This document shows positions 1 to 12,589 of a DNA stretch of 64,000 bases, piece after piece. Made by a program: the position numbers and the translations under genes. Numbering within the stretch: the stretch's first letter is position 1; each line of letters opens with the position of its first letter. Origin of the DNA: Chlorokybus atmophyticus (Eukaryota; Plantae; Mesostigma and Chlorokybus algae); NCBI GenBank assembly GCA_009103225.1, contig RHPI01001403.1, positions 40,327 through 104,326 of the forward strand, in the 5' to 3' direction. Below the pieces are notes generated by a model that ran no database searches, had not been told where the DNA came from, and worked only from the letters and a program-made list of their open reading frames with translations.

Positions 1-622
1 ACTTCTGTTACCACCTCCACTCTACAAGTGCTGTCACACTTACCTGTGCGCCGTGACTGCATACAAACAGCAGCCAGCAAGGCTCCAAAGGCGGTGCGTT
101 CGCAGTGAACCCGCGTGCAGTCGAGATGATCCTAAGCATACAAAGACAGGCAGATGTGGGTGATTGCGTTTTGCTGCAATCATTCAACATACACAGACAA
201 GCAGCTAAAGCTAACACACTCTATCCTGTACAAAGACAACGAGATTGTCTTTCCTCTATCCTGTCATGTCAAGCTCCTGTCATGTCACCTGGAAGAACAC
301 CTCCACTTCCTGCTGGTTAGCAGCGAAAGCAGGTGGCACAGGCAAGAAGGGGGCAAGAAAGTGAGCAAGAAGGGGGCTTAATCACAGGGTGATGCCCCTA
401 AGCTCTGCATACAAAGACAGAATGAGCAAGCAGAGGGCTTTTTCACGAGGATGCCTCTGCATTCAGCATGAGCTCAGACCTGAATCGGGAATGAGAAAAC
501 AGAGGGCTAAATCTAGAAGATGCCTCTGTGTTCAGCTTGAATTAATATATACACTTACACATGAGGTTGGCCCTGCAAAGCTGGTAGTCGTAAAGTGAAC
601 AACCTCGAGGTTGCTGTCACAG

Positions 623-3614
623 CTACCTCTGCTGCTGCGGCTGCTGCTGCTGCTGTGTTTCCTTCTGCTCCCGCCGCTGCTTTCGCTGCTCCTTTCCCTG
701 CTGAGCCATTCGCTTTATCTGTTGGCGCTCCTCCTCCTTCTGCCGCTTCAGCTGCTTACGCAGCTGCTCCTGCTGCTCAAGGGTCTCCTGTGCAGCTATC
801 ATCTCCTGCTCACGCTGATATGCAGCTTGATGTGCCAGCTTCTTGCCCTCCCGACGACTGCTGATTTGTTCCAGTCGTTCCAATTTCTGCAACCTGCTTG
901 GCCTTGCTTTGCCTAACTCAAACTTTGAACGATCTAGGAGGTGTGCTTGCTGTTTAACAAGCAAGGTCCGTTCATAAGTCTTGGCAGCCGACACAAGCAA
1001 ATCGAACTGATCAGCATTCCAATCTTGGTTGCAAGGACCCTTGGGCACGCCAATGCGCACTACTTTCCTGAGTCTCTGGAGAAACAGTTGTAGTTTAAGG
1101 GCCTTAGGCACCAGCTCAACGCAGGTGTTTGCCACCCCGCACAATTGTGCAAACTGCGCATGATATTCGTCCACGGTGCGCTCCCCATGTTGCACACGAT
1201 GCAGCTTCTAGAAAGCATCGGAAGGCGTGTTGTCCCTTTGCAAAGCAGCTCGCTGTTGGCGGCGTGACGGGCGGCGTCTGCGTTTCTTGGGGTCACTGGT
1301 GTCACTGGTTGCTGCGGTGCTGATGTCAATTGACATATCACTGATAGCATCAGCCTCCTCCTCAACAGCGGCATCAACCTGCACAGCGCCAGCCTCCTGC
1401 TGGCTCCTGGCCTCAGCCTCCTGCCTTTACTGGTCTTTAGCCTCGTTGGCCTTAGCCTCCGCCTCCTGCCTCTGCTTGGCCTCGGCCTCCTCCTGCTTGG
1501 CCTTAGCATTGGCCTCATCCTGCTGCTGCTTGGCCTCGGCCTCCAGCCTCTGCTTGGCCTTGGCATTGGCCTCATCCTGCTTGGCCTTGGCCTCCGCCTC
1601 CTGCCTCTGCTTGGCCTCGGCCTCCTCCTGCCGCTGCTTGGCATTGTCCTCATCCAGCTTGGCCTTGGCCTCCGCCTCCTGCCGCTGCTTGGCCTCCTGC
1701 TTGGCCTGCTTGGCCTCGGCATCAGCTTGCTGCTTGGGCTGGGGCTCGGCTTGCTGCTTGGGCTGGGGCTGGGGCTGCGGCTCGGGCTGGGGCTGGGCTT
1801 GCTGCTGGGGCTGGGGCTGGGGCTGCGGCTGGGGCTGGGGCTGGGGCTGGGGCTGGGGCTCGGCATCTGCAGGGTACATGCAGCGCAGGACTTCTGGTGG
1901 CATGTCGCTGCGCTGCCAAGAGAGTATACCATTTGCATCACCAACAGACATGTAATGCGCGCTGGGCTTGCTTGGATCCGTGTTGCCAATGATTATATGG
2001 CCAGCCACATCGATAACATCCTCGCCAATCACCACTACAGGTTTGACGGAATGCTTCTCTCCCTTGGCATCCACCGTGTAGTACCTCCCGTCATCGCCTT
2101 CGATGAGGCCGCCCTTATGCTCTGCTTCCCAGCAGTACTGCTTCTCGTCGGCAACCTCAGTGAGCTGCACAGTACCGATGTGAATGCCAAGAGCGTGTGC
2201 CATGATCGCCACTTGCAGTTGATCGGCATAAACGCTCTCTTCAGCGATTACTTTCTGCAGAGCCTCTACAGCGTTGTCTTCATCTTGCTTAGTCTTGAGT
2301 TGCTTTTTGTTAAGTGCCCTGGTTACGCCATATTTGCTGGCCATCTTTTTGTAATCCTGGCCCATGTCACCATAGGCCCCGTACTTGCGATACTCCAGCA
2401 ACCAATAAAGGTTGACCTGCTCAGCACAGATCTTCCGAAGCTTTTGCGCTTGCTCTCTTGTTGGCAGCTGTTTGCCATTGTCCAGCACAATGCTTCGCCA
2501 GAAAGACCCGTTGTCCGCTGCGTTCGCGCGTGTCAAGCACGCAGCGTTCACGCGAGGGCGCGACTGGGCAAGGCAGGCATAGAAGCAATTCCCATCTGCA
2601 TAGGCATCGAAAAGCCGAAGCCGGTGTTTATCATGCAACAGCCCAACCAGCTCTAACTCGCCCTCCGTTTCTGCTGGAGGTAGACCGTCTTCTGGTTCAA
2701 AAGCAGAAGCAGAGGCCTCCGCGTCGGCTTGCTGCTTGGCTTGGGCCTCCACTTGCTGCTTGGGCGCCTCTGTTTCGTAGTCAAGACCGTATTCCCCGAT
2801 GTCGATGCCCATAGCAGCTGCCTCTGGATCACATAGCCTTAGCTCTTCCTCCACATACTGCCGTAGCTTGAGCCTCCATTCTCGATTGAGGGAAGCCAAG
2901 TCTGGTTTGCACAGCGCTTTCTTGATAAAGACCACCAGCTCACCCCATGACATGAGGTTCTTGCTCTTCGCCTTCGCTTTCCTCCAGTCAGAGAATTTTG
3001 CTTTCCCCACTTTGTCTTCGTTTCTTCATGGATGTCATTATCGGTAACAACATCTTCAAGGCCAAAATGCCCGAGGTCCATACCCTAGCAGCTGCCTCCG
3101 GATTACAAAGCCTGAGCTGGTCCTCCACGAACTTCCGTAGGCAGATCTGCAAGTTCTTGTCGAGCTCAAGCAAGCGAGGATCTTCATTCAGGTTCTTCTG
3201 CATTACTTCAACCACGACATCCCAACTGTATTCTGCGGACATCTTCGCCTTCCCAGCCTTCTCCTCCTCCCTTAGTTTCCGCCAATTATTGAACCCCTCC
3301 AGCAACTGAGCCTTTGTGGTGTCAAAAAGGTCTGCAATAGACAGTGTTATTGCAACAATGGTGGCAAACAACCGCAGTGAGCATGCGTTAGTATGGTCAG
3401 CTGGAACAGCGCTACATTACTTGATTTTTTGCAGGGTTTCCGCAGGACAGCTTCCTTCTTAGCGGGTTCCTTCTTGTGCGCTTGACCCTTGCTTCTTGTC
3501 TGTGTGCATGACCAGTGTTACCACATGTTAATGATAATCATGCTGAACAAGCATACATTACTTATTACCTGCAGGCTTAAACTGGCCAAAGGGAACGAGC
3601 TTTCGCTTGGACAT
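623..3614 (-). pseudogene. Spliced gene: duplicated helical N-domain + OTU-like cysteine protease + PQ/coiled-coil repeats + retrotransposon gag-like domain; disrupted
   Basis: ORF 1427-3010 has OTU motifs DGNCFYACLA (Cys codon 2585-2587), YADQLQVAIMAHALGIHI and AHY (His 1955-1957). It reads through in-frame stops at 1427 (TAA) and 1208 (TAG) into ORF 623-1195 (QHGERTVDEYHAQFAQL...KLQLFLQRL, gag-like). Two frameshifts near 3010-3090 link ORFs 2988-3371 and 2839-3081; GT-AG introns at about 3350-3570. Confidence 0.7.
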
Positions 3615-3760
3615 GATGAACGACCTGAGGAAAGCCTCACAGCCAAAAACAAGCACACATAGTTGAGCAACATGAGCATGCACACACACACACGGCTGCC
3701 TATTTGAGCATGCAGACAAGCCTGAGCATGCACACTTTAGCCTCAGCCACAATGAAAACT

Positions 3761-4032
3761 ATAAAACAGCTTGAAAACTGAGCAAGAGGTGGTCTTACGC
3801 ACAAGGCCGCCCCTCTGGTTAGCATCAAGTGGTGGCTAACAGGAGTGCATGCTCAAATAAAACAGCTTGGAAACTGAGCAAGTGGTGGTCTTACGCACGA
3901 GGCCGCCCCTCTGGTTAGCATCAAGTGGTGGCTAACAGGAGTGCATGCTCAAATAAAACAGCTTGGAAACTGAGCAAGAGGTGGTCTTACGCACGAGGCC
4001 GCCCCTCTGGTTAGCATCAAGTGGTGGCTAAC
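3761..4032. repeat. 96-bp tandem repeat, about 2.8 copies
   Basis: Unit ATAAAACAGCTTGGAAACTGAGCAAG...GCTCAA starts at 3761, 3857 and 3953; copies nearly identical. Confidence 0.95.
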
Positions 4033-4385
4033 ATAGACAACATGCACTTTTGATAGTTAGCGAAATGATCAAACGGGCATGCATGCAAACAAAGACAAGC
4101 ACGGCATGTGCTGCACCTTGTTGGAAGCAGTGCCAAAACCCTCCAGCAAGCCCACCCGAAGCTGCAAGAAACCACCTCGCCAGGGTTCTCGGACCCAATG
4201 AAGTAACTACAACAACCAAGCGAAAACACAACACTTGCACTTCAGCATTGAAGCCAACGCCGCCGCCCTTGCCGCCCAGCCTTGCCAGTTGCAAGTTGTC
4301 TGCTCGATCGCTACACCAAAACCCTAAGGAAATCAGTGATGGTCCATCAGTGATGGGCTATCACCTTTGACGCCATAGCCGGCAT

Positions 4386-5230
4386 CCCTAACCCTAACCC
4401 TAATGTTTTTGTAAGTTGTTGTAGTTTGCAAGGTTGGTGGCGGGGAGGTTGTTGTGGTCGGCGGCGAGGTTGTCTTGGTCGGCCGCGGCAGCGTCTTTAG
4501 TTATAAAGGTTGTGGGCGGCGTGGTCGGCGGCGAGGTGCTTGAGGTTGGCGGCGACGGCGGCAGCCATCCTTGGTTGATGCAGAGCTACTTAGACAGATA
4601 CGTGCAAGCCTGCCTGCCTGCCTGCATGTTTTGTTTGTGCGCGTGCGTGTGTGTATGTGTGCTGGTCATTCACTGGGGCGGCATGTAAGCCCTCAGTGAT
4701 CTGCCTTGTTGTTTTGTTTCTGTGATTCTGTTGGTGATTCACTGGGGCGGTCTGTAAGACCTCAGTGACCTGCCTTGTTTTTGTGTTTCTGTGCATGTGT
4801 GCTGGTGAGTCGCTGGGGCGGTCTGTAAGACCTCAGTGTCCTGCCTTGTGGTTTTGTTTTTCTGTGAATGTGTTGGTGAGGAGCTGGGGCGGTCTGTAAG
4901 ACCTCAGACCGGCCTTGTGGTGTGGACTGGGTGAATGTTTTTGTGACTCTGTTTCGCCATATGTCATAACCCTAACCCTAACCGCCCGGACATGTTGTTG
5001 TAGGTTGTGGCCGGGAGGCGGCGAGGTTGCCGTGGTTGGCGGCGAAGTCTTTGAGGTCGGTGGCGATGGCGCCAGCGATCTTGAGTTCCTAGCAAGAAAC
5101 TCAGGCAGATACGTCGCATGCAGATTTTAGTCAAGGTCGGCGGCGGCGGCGCCGGCGCAGGCAAGGTCATCGTCGTCGGCGGCGGCGGCGGCGATGCTGG
5201 AGCGCTAGCGGCTACACAGCAGATACGTGC
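4386..5230 (+). repeat. Duplicated GGC-rich modules, the first two headed by short telomere-like (CCCTAA)n
   Basis: CCCTAA x3 at 4386-4403 and x2 at about 4968-4983, each followed by similar GGCGGCGAGG-rich sequence ending in CAGATACGT; third GGC block at about 5135-5230. Confidence 0.7.
4660..4920 (+). repeat. About 70-bp minisatellite, 4 copies (related units at about 5310-5425 and 5957)
   Basis: Core CTGGGGCGGTCTGTAAGACCTCAGTG..CTGCCTTGT at about 4672, 4742, 4813 and 4884. Confidence 0.85.
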
Positions 5231-5565
5231 ATGCCGTGCTTCCTTGCGCATGCCATGCATGTGTGTGTGTGTGTGTGCGTGCTGTGCGTGCTGTGTTTGC
5301 TGCAAGCCGCTGGGGCAGCCTTGTGCATAACCCCTCAGTGGCCTTACCTGTGCTGCGGCACAAAAGTTGTTTGCTGCAAGCCGCTGGGGCAGCCTTGGGC
5401 ATAACCCCTCAGTGGCCTTGCCTATGCTGCGGCAAAAAGGTGTTCTTTCTGTGTGTGCTTGCGCTAGCATTGTGTCTCTCAAGAGTCATTTCCCTGCTCC
5501 ATTTCTGACTCTACTGTTGGTTAACTACGGTGTGTGATCTACAGGTAAACAGCTACCATTCAGCG

Positions 5566-6207
5566 ATGGCCGGTCGCTTTAGGTCCAGTGTAGTTGATCT
5601 CGTCGAACATGAGGTAGGTATTTGGTCTTGACTCAGATGCTTGCATGCATTCAACAGAGGGTATGATGATCCAGCCGGCTGCTTCCAAGACAGCAGGTAA
5701 ACCAGAGCTCGCATGCCAGGCATGGTGTGTTTGTGGATGAGACTCAGGTCAGAGTATTTGGCTCTGTGTTTTGGGTGTCTTGGCATTCTTACAGCTGCTA
5801 TCAACAGGTTGAGCATTGCCTGCAGCATGTTTGCAGGACACCGCCAGTCACGGTGCCCAAGAAGTTGGCAAGAGCTCCAGCGACGACAGGGACAGATAAA
5901 TGCATCCTTGCATGCGTATCACATGAATGTGCATGTGTGTGTATGGTGTCCAGTCAGCTGGGGCAGTTGATTGTAAGCCCTCATGTGTGTGTATGCGCGC
6001 GTGTGTCGCAAAAGTCCGTGTTCACTTCTTCTGCTGCGCAAACATACCTTGTATTTGTGCATATGTGAGTGCAGTTGTGAGGGGTTTTTCCAACAGCATG
6101 TTTGGGCAATTCTACTGCCAGTGTTAGGCGCTTGCATGCCTGATTTGTGTCCAACAGTTTTGAGCGCAACCCGCTTTGCCTTGCAGGCTGTGCTACGGCC
6201 ATGAGGT
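5566..6207 (+). CDS. Possible small multi-exon gene, unknown product
   Basis: ATG 5566 (MAGRFRSSVVDLVEHE) followed by GTAGGT donor and further short CAG/GT-bounded segments; no recognisable domain. Confidence 0.2.
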
Positions 6208-6253
6208 AATACAAAGTACAAGGTCAGATCTTTGCGTCATCCTTGCACAAGGC

Positions 6254-7487
6254 CTATAGTTTGGTGGTAGTTTTGGTAGTTGTATAGTTGTTGTGTAGTT
6301 GTTGTTGTTGTGTAGTTGTATAGTTTGGTGGTAGTTTGGTAGTTGTTGTGTAGTATAGTTGTAATGTAACTAATCTGCTAGTCACTATGTTGTTGTGAAC
6401 ACGATCGTGGCGGTTGTGCCTGAGCTGATCTGCTGCTAGATCTCCAAGTTGCACAAAGGCACACACCCCACTGTTATCAGTAATTGCACATGCAACAGCC
6501 ACACTTGGAGAATTACCAGCAGAGCAGCTCAGCGGTAACCAGAGTGTAAAGGGCAAACAAAGTGTGTAGAGCAATGGTCATTGCGACGAGTCACTAGAGT
6601 CACTAGGTTCACTAAGAGGGTCGCGAGTGGGGAAAATTCCATTACAAGTTGGTGTGAGATTGGTACCGGGCGTTGCATCAGGTGCAGGGACCTCGGAGCC
6701 AGTAAACACACTCCAGCGTGCAGCAATATTGTTGTCGCACTCGATCACAACGCGCAGGCCAGCAGCGCCATAGGTGCCCGAGTCAATGATAGTGCGAGCA
6801 GGAAGAGGCGCATCAGGAGGCGAGGGAGTGTTCTCATGCACGGAGACTGCCACATACACACCGGTTTGTACAGTAGCTGCAATCGCAATGGGTGCCTGAT
6901 GAACAATTCCACGAGTTGAAAGCTCCCAATTGCATAATTGGACCTGACAAACAAGTTTACAGGTTAACTCGCATGTTGCATCGCATTCATTCATAAACGT
7001 GCGCCAGAAGTTGATGCAAATGCATAGACAGCGCCTCTATTGTTATGGACATGAACTGGACACGCATTCAGGCAGTAGCATGGCATGACATGCACGGCAT
7101 GTAACGCGCAAGGGTGCTGCATGGTAGCAATCAGAGCTGTGCATATATATAGGCGTTCCTATCATAGCAGGACAAACATATGCACACTACACATGCAAAC
7201 TCAACCCAAATTGCACACAAGGCATACGCATGTACAAACAATGCGCAATAGTATGGCACATGCATAGTGGCATGCATAGTCAGCAGCATGCAGAGTGTCA
7301 TAGCGCACGCAACTCACACCATGAATAGCGAGAAAGATACCTGATGATAGCGAGCATCGCCAGAGTCCACATAGCCGTTCCACGGTTGTGTCAAGACCTG
7401 ACCTAGTCCCACTAATCGCCGCCCGACTGCGAGGAGCGCCTGCGTTAGAGCCTCATTCATGGTGCGCATGGGTACAGGGGGGTCCAT
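6254..7487 (-). pseudogene. Possible spliced gene of unknown function with one in-frame stop
   Basis: Exon MDPPVPMRT...DARYHQ then GTATCT donor; ORFs 6578-6994 and 6254-6574 share a frame separated by one TGA; telo-like TTAGGG upstream at about 7527. The 6257-6370 end is low-complexity (GTT/GTA). Confidence 0.3.
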
Positions 7488-7993
7488 TGTTGCAGCACAA
7501 CTACCAGCATGCATTGGATGTTTGGGTTAGGGTTACTTATAGTTTGGGGTAAGCCACACAGACACCGTCCTCGGACATGGAAGATTTCATCGGAAATAGA
7601 GAATGTAATTTCGCTTGGTTTGTATGGACCAATAAACATAGAGTTCATTTTGGCAATCAAAGTTTCGACAAAAGGCAATTTCCACGGCAATTGCTCGTGC
7701 GGCCTATTGCGGTCGGAGACGCGACTGGTGTCCGACCAGCACAATTGCTGATGTGGATTTTCCGAACGATCACTGCATTCCATTGATTGCAGGGATTTCC
7801 GCACCGGGAATTGCACTGATTGTCCCACAGCACCGGCGTACTTGCTGGTTGTGTTGGCGGCGGCGGTGCTGTGGCGAGGTGAGCGAGCGTTGTCAGCTGT
7901 CTTGTCGCACTGCTTTTCTAGTGGTTGCATGCTGGGTCACTTCGTTGCAATTAGCAAATACAGCATGGTGCTGTGCAGCTAGCATTCTGGACT

Positions 7994-8428
7994 GCCATTT
8001 GCCTGCTAGCTTGCTGTTAGGCTTACCTTTGTCGTGTTCAGCTGGCAAGAAGCTGAAGCAGCTTCTACTCTACAAGGTACTGGGTGTTTGGCTTGTTGGG
8101 TGCCTGTTTGACAAGTTCACAAGCACATGTTTGTGCATGCACATGCCATTTGCCTGCTAGCTTGCTGTTAGGCTTACCTTTCTCGTGTTCAGCTGGCAAG
8201 AAGCTGAAGCAGCTTCTACTCTACAAGGTACTGGGTGTTTGGCTTGCTGGGTGCCTGTTTGACAAGTTCACAAGCACATGTTTGTGCATGCACATGCCAT
8301 TTGCCTGCTAGCTTGCTGTTAGGCTTACCTTTCTCGTGTTCAGCTGGAAAGAAGCTGAAGAAGCTTCTACTCTACAAGGTACTGGGTGTTTGGTTTGCTG
8401 GGTGCCTGTTTGACAAGTTCACAAGCAC
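7994..8428. repeat. 151-bp tandem repeat, about 2.9 copies
   Basis: GCCATTTGCCTGCTAGC... starts at 7994, 8145 and 8296; near-identical copies. Confidence 0.95.
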
Positions 8429-8622
8429 GCCCTTTGTGCAAGCAGCTTGGAGACACTTTTTTTGCAAGGTACATGGTTTGCTTGATGTGACAAGTCAACA
8501 AGCAAGTCCACATGGCTTACAACCTGCAGTCACTTGAGTCAACCAAGACTTGAGGTTGATTAGGGTTGCGGTTGCAACTGACTTGTAAAGCAAGCTTGAT
8601 CTATCTACAGGAGGGCATCATC

Positions 8623-11118
8623 ATGTCAGGCACCACGTCGGGTGGGCGGTCCAGCAACTGCAGCGAAGGATGGGAGAATTTGGACGAAGAGATATGGGGG
8701 AAGAATGCTGGTGGTCCTTCTGATGAGCAGCTGCAGCATGAGTGGGAAACCAGTGAGGCGACTGTTCACCTGCGTGATCTTGAGACCACAGCAATGGTCT
8801 GCTTAAAAGTGAGCTTATGCATCAAGCATCCGCAATCAATGTCAGACCTTGCTGCCGAAGTCTGTTTCGTCCCATGTTGTACTAGTGCACCGATGTAAAC
8901 TATGCAGGCACTGAAGGTCCGACATTGGCGTGGGAAGCATCATGCCCGTGATCGTCGCAAGGTCACCAAGCTGGCCGACAAAGGCCGGATTTGCTACGAG
9001 TACTGTCGCATGATGCCGGGGAAGACTCAAACGAAGCAGGACCCATTCAAGTTCGCTCTTGCAACCAAATGCTGGCATCTGCTGAATCCAGAGCTCTCCT
9101 ATCAAATAGTTGGCAATTTCCCACAGTTACATGAGCCGTCATGCAATATGGCAGCATTGTCTGAGCTGGGAGGAGTTTGCTTTGCATGTGTTGGCCTTCA
9201 CAACTTCTTCATTGGTGGGTAGGCGCGTTTGAAGATTCAACAGTATCTGGGCAACAAAAAGGGATACAGCAACCCCAAGCACAAAGAGAAGCAGAAAGAA
9301 AAGAGTCGGAAGCGTTACAAGGAGATGATGGAGAAGGCTTTCGCGGGGGGCTTTGTACCAAGGCGCAGGGGAGAACCTAGCGACAAGAACAACAAGGTGT
9401 GTGTCATGTAGTGACTAAGGTGTTTGTGCGATGTGCATGTCTTGAGTGCCTTTGCCATGTGCTTGATAGAAAGCCAACAAGAAGAAGCCCAAGAAGTCAA
9501 AAGAAGTGCAATCTGCCAGCGACGACGAGGATGCCACCTCAGAGGGTGACCTACAGTTTGCACAAAATTGGCTTTGTCAATGTCGTGTTGAGAACGATGC
9601 TTTGTGTTTGATGGTGCCTTATGTATGCAGGTTGTGTGGTGTGTATGATGACCCCTTGTAATTGCACGGCGCCCACGCGTTCACATCCCGCCAGCGACGC
9701 CAGCGACGACAGAAATGGCACCTCGCAGCGTGAGCCGTGTCTTGCGCGCGCAGGCAGTTGCTGGAGTACTGTGTGTATATGCAGGCTTTTGTGATCGGTG
9801 CCTTGTGTATGCGATAGGTAACAAGGAAGGCACTGCACCACAACCCTCAAGTTCTCCTGCTACTGGTTCACAGGTCAGATGCCGCTCTTGCTTGTACTTT
9901 GCTAAACATGTGTTCATGATCGTTCATAACTGTTGTGTTCAGGCACGTGCCAAGCAGGGTGCTGATCTGCGTGACAGCAGCTCAGGGAAGCGCAAAGTGT
10001 CTGGTGATGTACGCAGCATTGGACTTGACAGAGCGGCAATGCACTGAGTTGTGGCTCACCATCTGACTTCATGCTGTTGGCAGGAGGATGAGGTGTCAAG
10101 CCCCCTCAAAAAGAAAACAAACAAAACTGTTCGCTCAATACCGGCTCCCTACAAGTCTCAGGAGGCAGGCCACTCGACTGGCAAGCAGGAGACGGTGTTG
10201 GAGAAGAAGAGCGGCAAGCAAAAGGAGGTATGAAAGCACCATGTACTTGATCTTATGGGCTTCTTGCGTTCTTCCGGCTGCACACAAACTGTCACCTGCG
10301 GCAGGCGCGCATTCGTTGCGTGACGGTTGTAAGCTTGTTGACACGTCGTGTCACCTTGTCGCAGGATGAGCCAACGTATTCAGAAATGCCTGAGACAGAT
10401 AGAAGCGAGAACAGCGGTGAAGATGGCGCCAAGGACAGCGCCCCGGACAACGAGGGGGACAGCCCCAACAACAGCGACAACGACTCGCAGAAGGCAGGTC
10501 GCTTCGCAAGCGCTGTATGAGAGATCACATCTGTGTATGTGTGTACCTCTTGATGTGTTTGTCACTTGCATGCGCAGGAAGAGCTGAGCGACAAGGACGA
10601 CACCGCACCGATGATGAAGGTTGGCAGTAAAGTCCAACTGTTCATAAACGGGCGCAAAGAACCAGTAGGGGAGGCGCACGTAAGCGACATCAATCCTGTC
10701 AACAAGTTTCATGGCAAGAAGATTGGAGAGGGCAACATGGTGGTCCAGTTCAGCCGCAGTCTTCCCATCACTAGGACCAGACGTCCCGGACCAGGGGAAG
10801 AAGAGGTTGTGCCTCTGCCAATCAGCTTCAAGCGTGATGGGGTTGGAGTGCAAGTGACCCACTTGAAAGGTGAACGCGTTTGTGTGCATGCGATTGCATG
10901 AACAGTTTCAACATTGTGCAAGTCAGCTGAGTTCATGTGTGGTTGATGTATGCGCAGAGTGCGAGCCGGGTTTGTTGCTACTTTGGCCTGTTGGGTTGCT
11001 GAAGAGTATCAAGGTGAGGGAGCCAGCAAAGGAAGGCACAACCACACAGCGCGGGAGGGGCCGTGGGAAGGGCAGCCGGGGTGGGCGCGGTGGGCGTGGT
11101 CGAGGCAGCAAGAAGTAG
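8623..11118 (+). CDS. CACTA TnpA/TNP1-like accessory protein (multi-exon, possibly decayed) with RGG tail
   Basis: ATG 8623; successive GT-AG bounded exons. C-terminal VGSKVQLF...VGEAHVSDINP..KFHGKKIGEGNMVVQF...PLP...LLWP resembles the En/Spm TNP1 C-terminal domain, also seen in elements A and B. Ends RGRGRG...SKK-TAG. Confidence 0.6.
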
Positions 11119-11267
11119 GTAGCAGAGATACATTGTAGACATCAGTGAATTTGTTGTTCGAGTCAGCTGCCATTCAGCTGACATTGCTGTCCAAATTCAC
11201 CGGCTGGACTGATTGCTATGTGCTATGTCACAGCTATGCTATGTCACAGCTGTTGACGATAGCAAGA

Positions 11268-11880
11268 TGCAGTGATTATTCAACCAAACTGTGAGTGAAT
11301 AACCACTTATATGTGTGTGAGCAGAAGTGCTGTATTATTCAATTATCATTTGCGTGAAAAATCAACCAAAGGCAGCAGTGTTCAACCATACTATGGGTGA
11401 ATAACCACTCATATATAGGACTGTGTGAGAGCAGATATGCTGTATTATTTAATCACAAATCGTATGAATAATCACTCGCCAGTGTGGTACATGTGCTGTT
11501 GAAACAGCTTTAGTATGTGTGAACATTAAGCCAATATGCGTGTGAATAATTACCAATAAGGAGGACATAGTGTGAGAGCAGGCGCTGTAAATATTCATGC
11601 ACACAAAGTATGAATAATCACTTGGTGCCATGGTACAAGTCTAGGACCATGTATACCTAAGAAGACTGAATATGCAGTTCTGTCGCGAGTGAATAACTAC
11701 TCACATGTAGGAGGTTGTGTGCGAGATGGACAACTACAATTATTCATGACCAAAACGTGTGAATATCCATTGCTTGTATTCAGGGCATTTGGCCTGAATA
11801 ATCAGCAATCGTAACAGCGACCTCTGCAGCCACGCAAGTGGCGAGTTCACACATAAAACAGATGAGTATTCAGGGCAAAT
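11268..11880. repeat. Dispersed GAATAA(C/T)CACT / TATTC motif array, like transposon subterminal repeats
   Basis: About 10 or more copies in both orientations (e.g. about 11272, 11297, 11399, 11466, 11612, 11691) in AT-rich non-coding DNA downstream of the TnpA-like gene. Confidence 0.65.
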
Positions 11881-11923
11881 GCGCTGAATTTTCAGAAATT
11901 CGGGGGGTCCAGAATTACCGGTG

Positions 11924-11963
11924 CTGCATGCAAAGAGGGGTACGTACCCCTCTTTGCATGCAG
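11924..11963. repeat. Perfect 40-bp palindrome
   Basis: CTGCATGCAAAGAGGGGTAC followed directly by GTACCCCTCTTTGCATGCAG, no spacer. Confidence 0.97.
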
Positions 11964-12589
11964 AGTGCAATAATGTATGGTGCATATAATCTGCGTCTTG
12001 TAGGCGCAAATTGTGGTTGGTGGCGTACATTGACTGCGGTGATAGCCACGTGTGATGAGAGTGCTGCATAAAGTGTTCGAAAGGCGAAGCTATCAGCTTG
12101 AGAGTCAGCAGGTGTTGTGTTACCGCAGTGCGGAGTGGATTATCGAGCATGATTGTCAGGTCGTATTGGGTGTGGTTGGGAGCTGAGCTGGAAGCTAATA
12201 ACAACATTCTGCTTGCAGTTGAAGGGACAGAACTTAAACTGGGTACAGCCTTGCCTTTGGCCACCTCGAGCGCAGTAAACAGCATGTTATGCTGATGCAC
12301 CTATACAACCCAGTGTGATGTGCTGACAGGTGGTGGCCTGCACCCATGCAGGCCACAACATTACGTAGCTGCATACCTTGTACAGAAACACAGTGATTGC
12401 TCCAAATTGCTCTACCTAAGCTCCATTGTACATGGGCCATAACAGACATGATGAACTTGCAGCAACCTGTTTTGGTTGTGACTGTACCTACTACTCTGCA
12501 AAGCTGAGTGGTAAACCCGACATATATAAGTGGACTTGAATGGCGTCTTTGCCTACATCTTGTTACACTTCTCCCGTGTGCCCAATTGA

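Noticed and set aside
1060-2656. Long ORFs 1060-1989, 1227-1955 and 1727-2656
   Set aside because: Alternate-frame or antisense shadows of the repetitive OTU-gag coding sequence.
4386-4403. Chromosome end or healed break at (CCCTAA)3
   Set aside because: Only 2-3 units within duplicated promoter-like modules; telo-box-like motif is more parsimonious.
4660-4920. CRISPR-like repeat/spacer pattern
   Set aside because: The spacers are mutually similar GT-rich sequence, the context is eukaryotic and no cas genes are present; it is a minisatellite.
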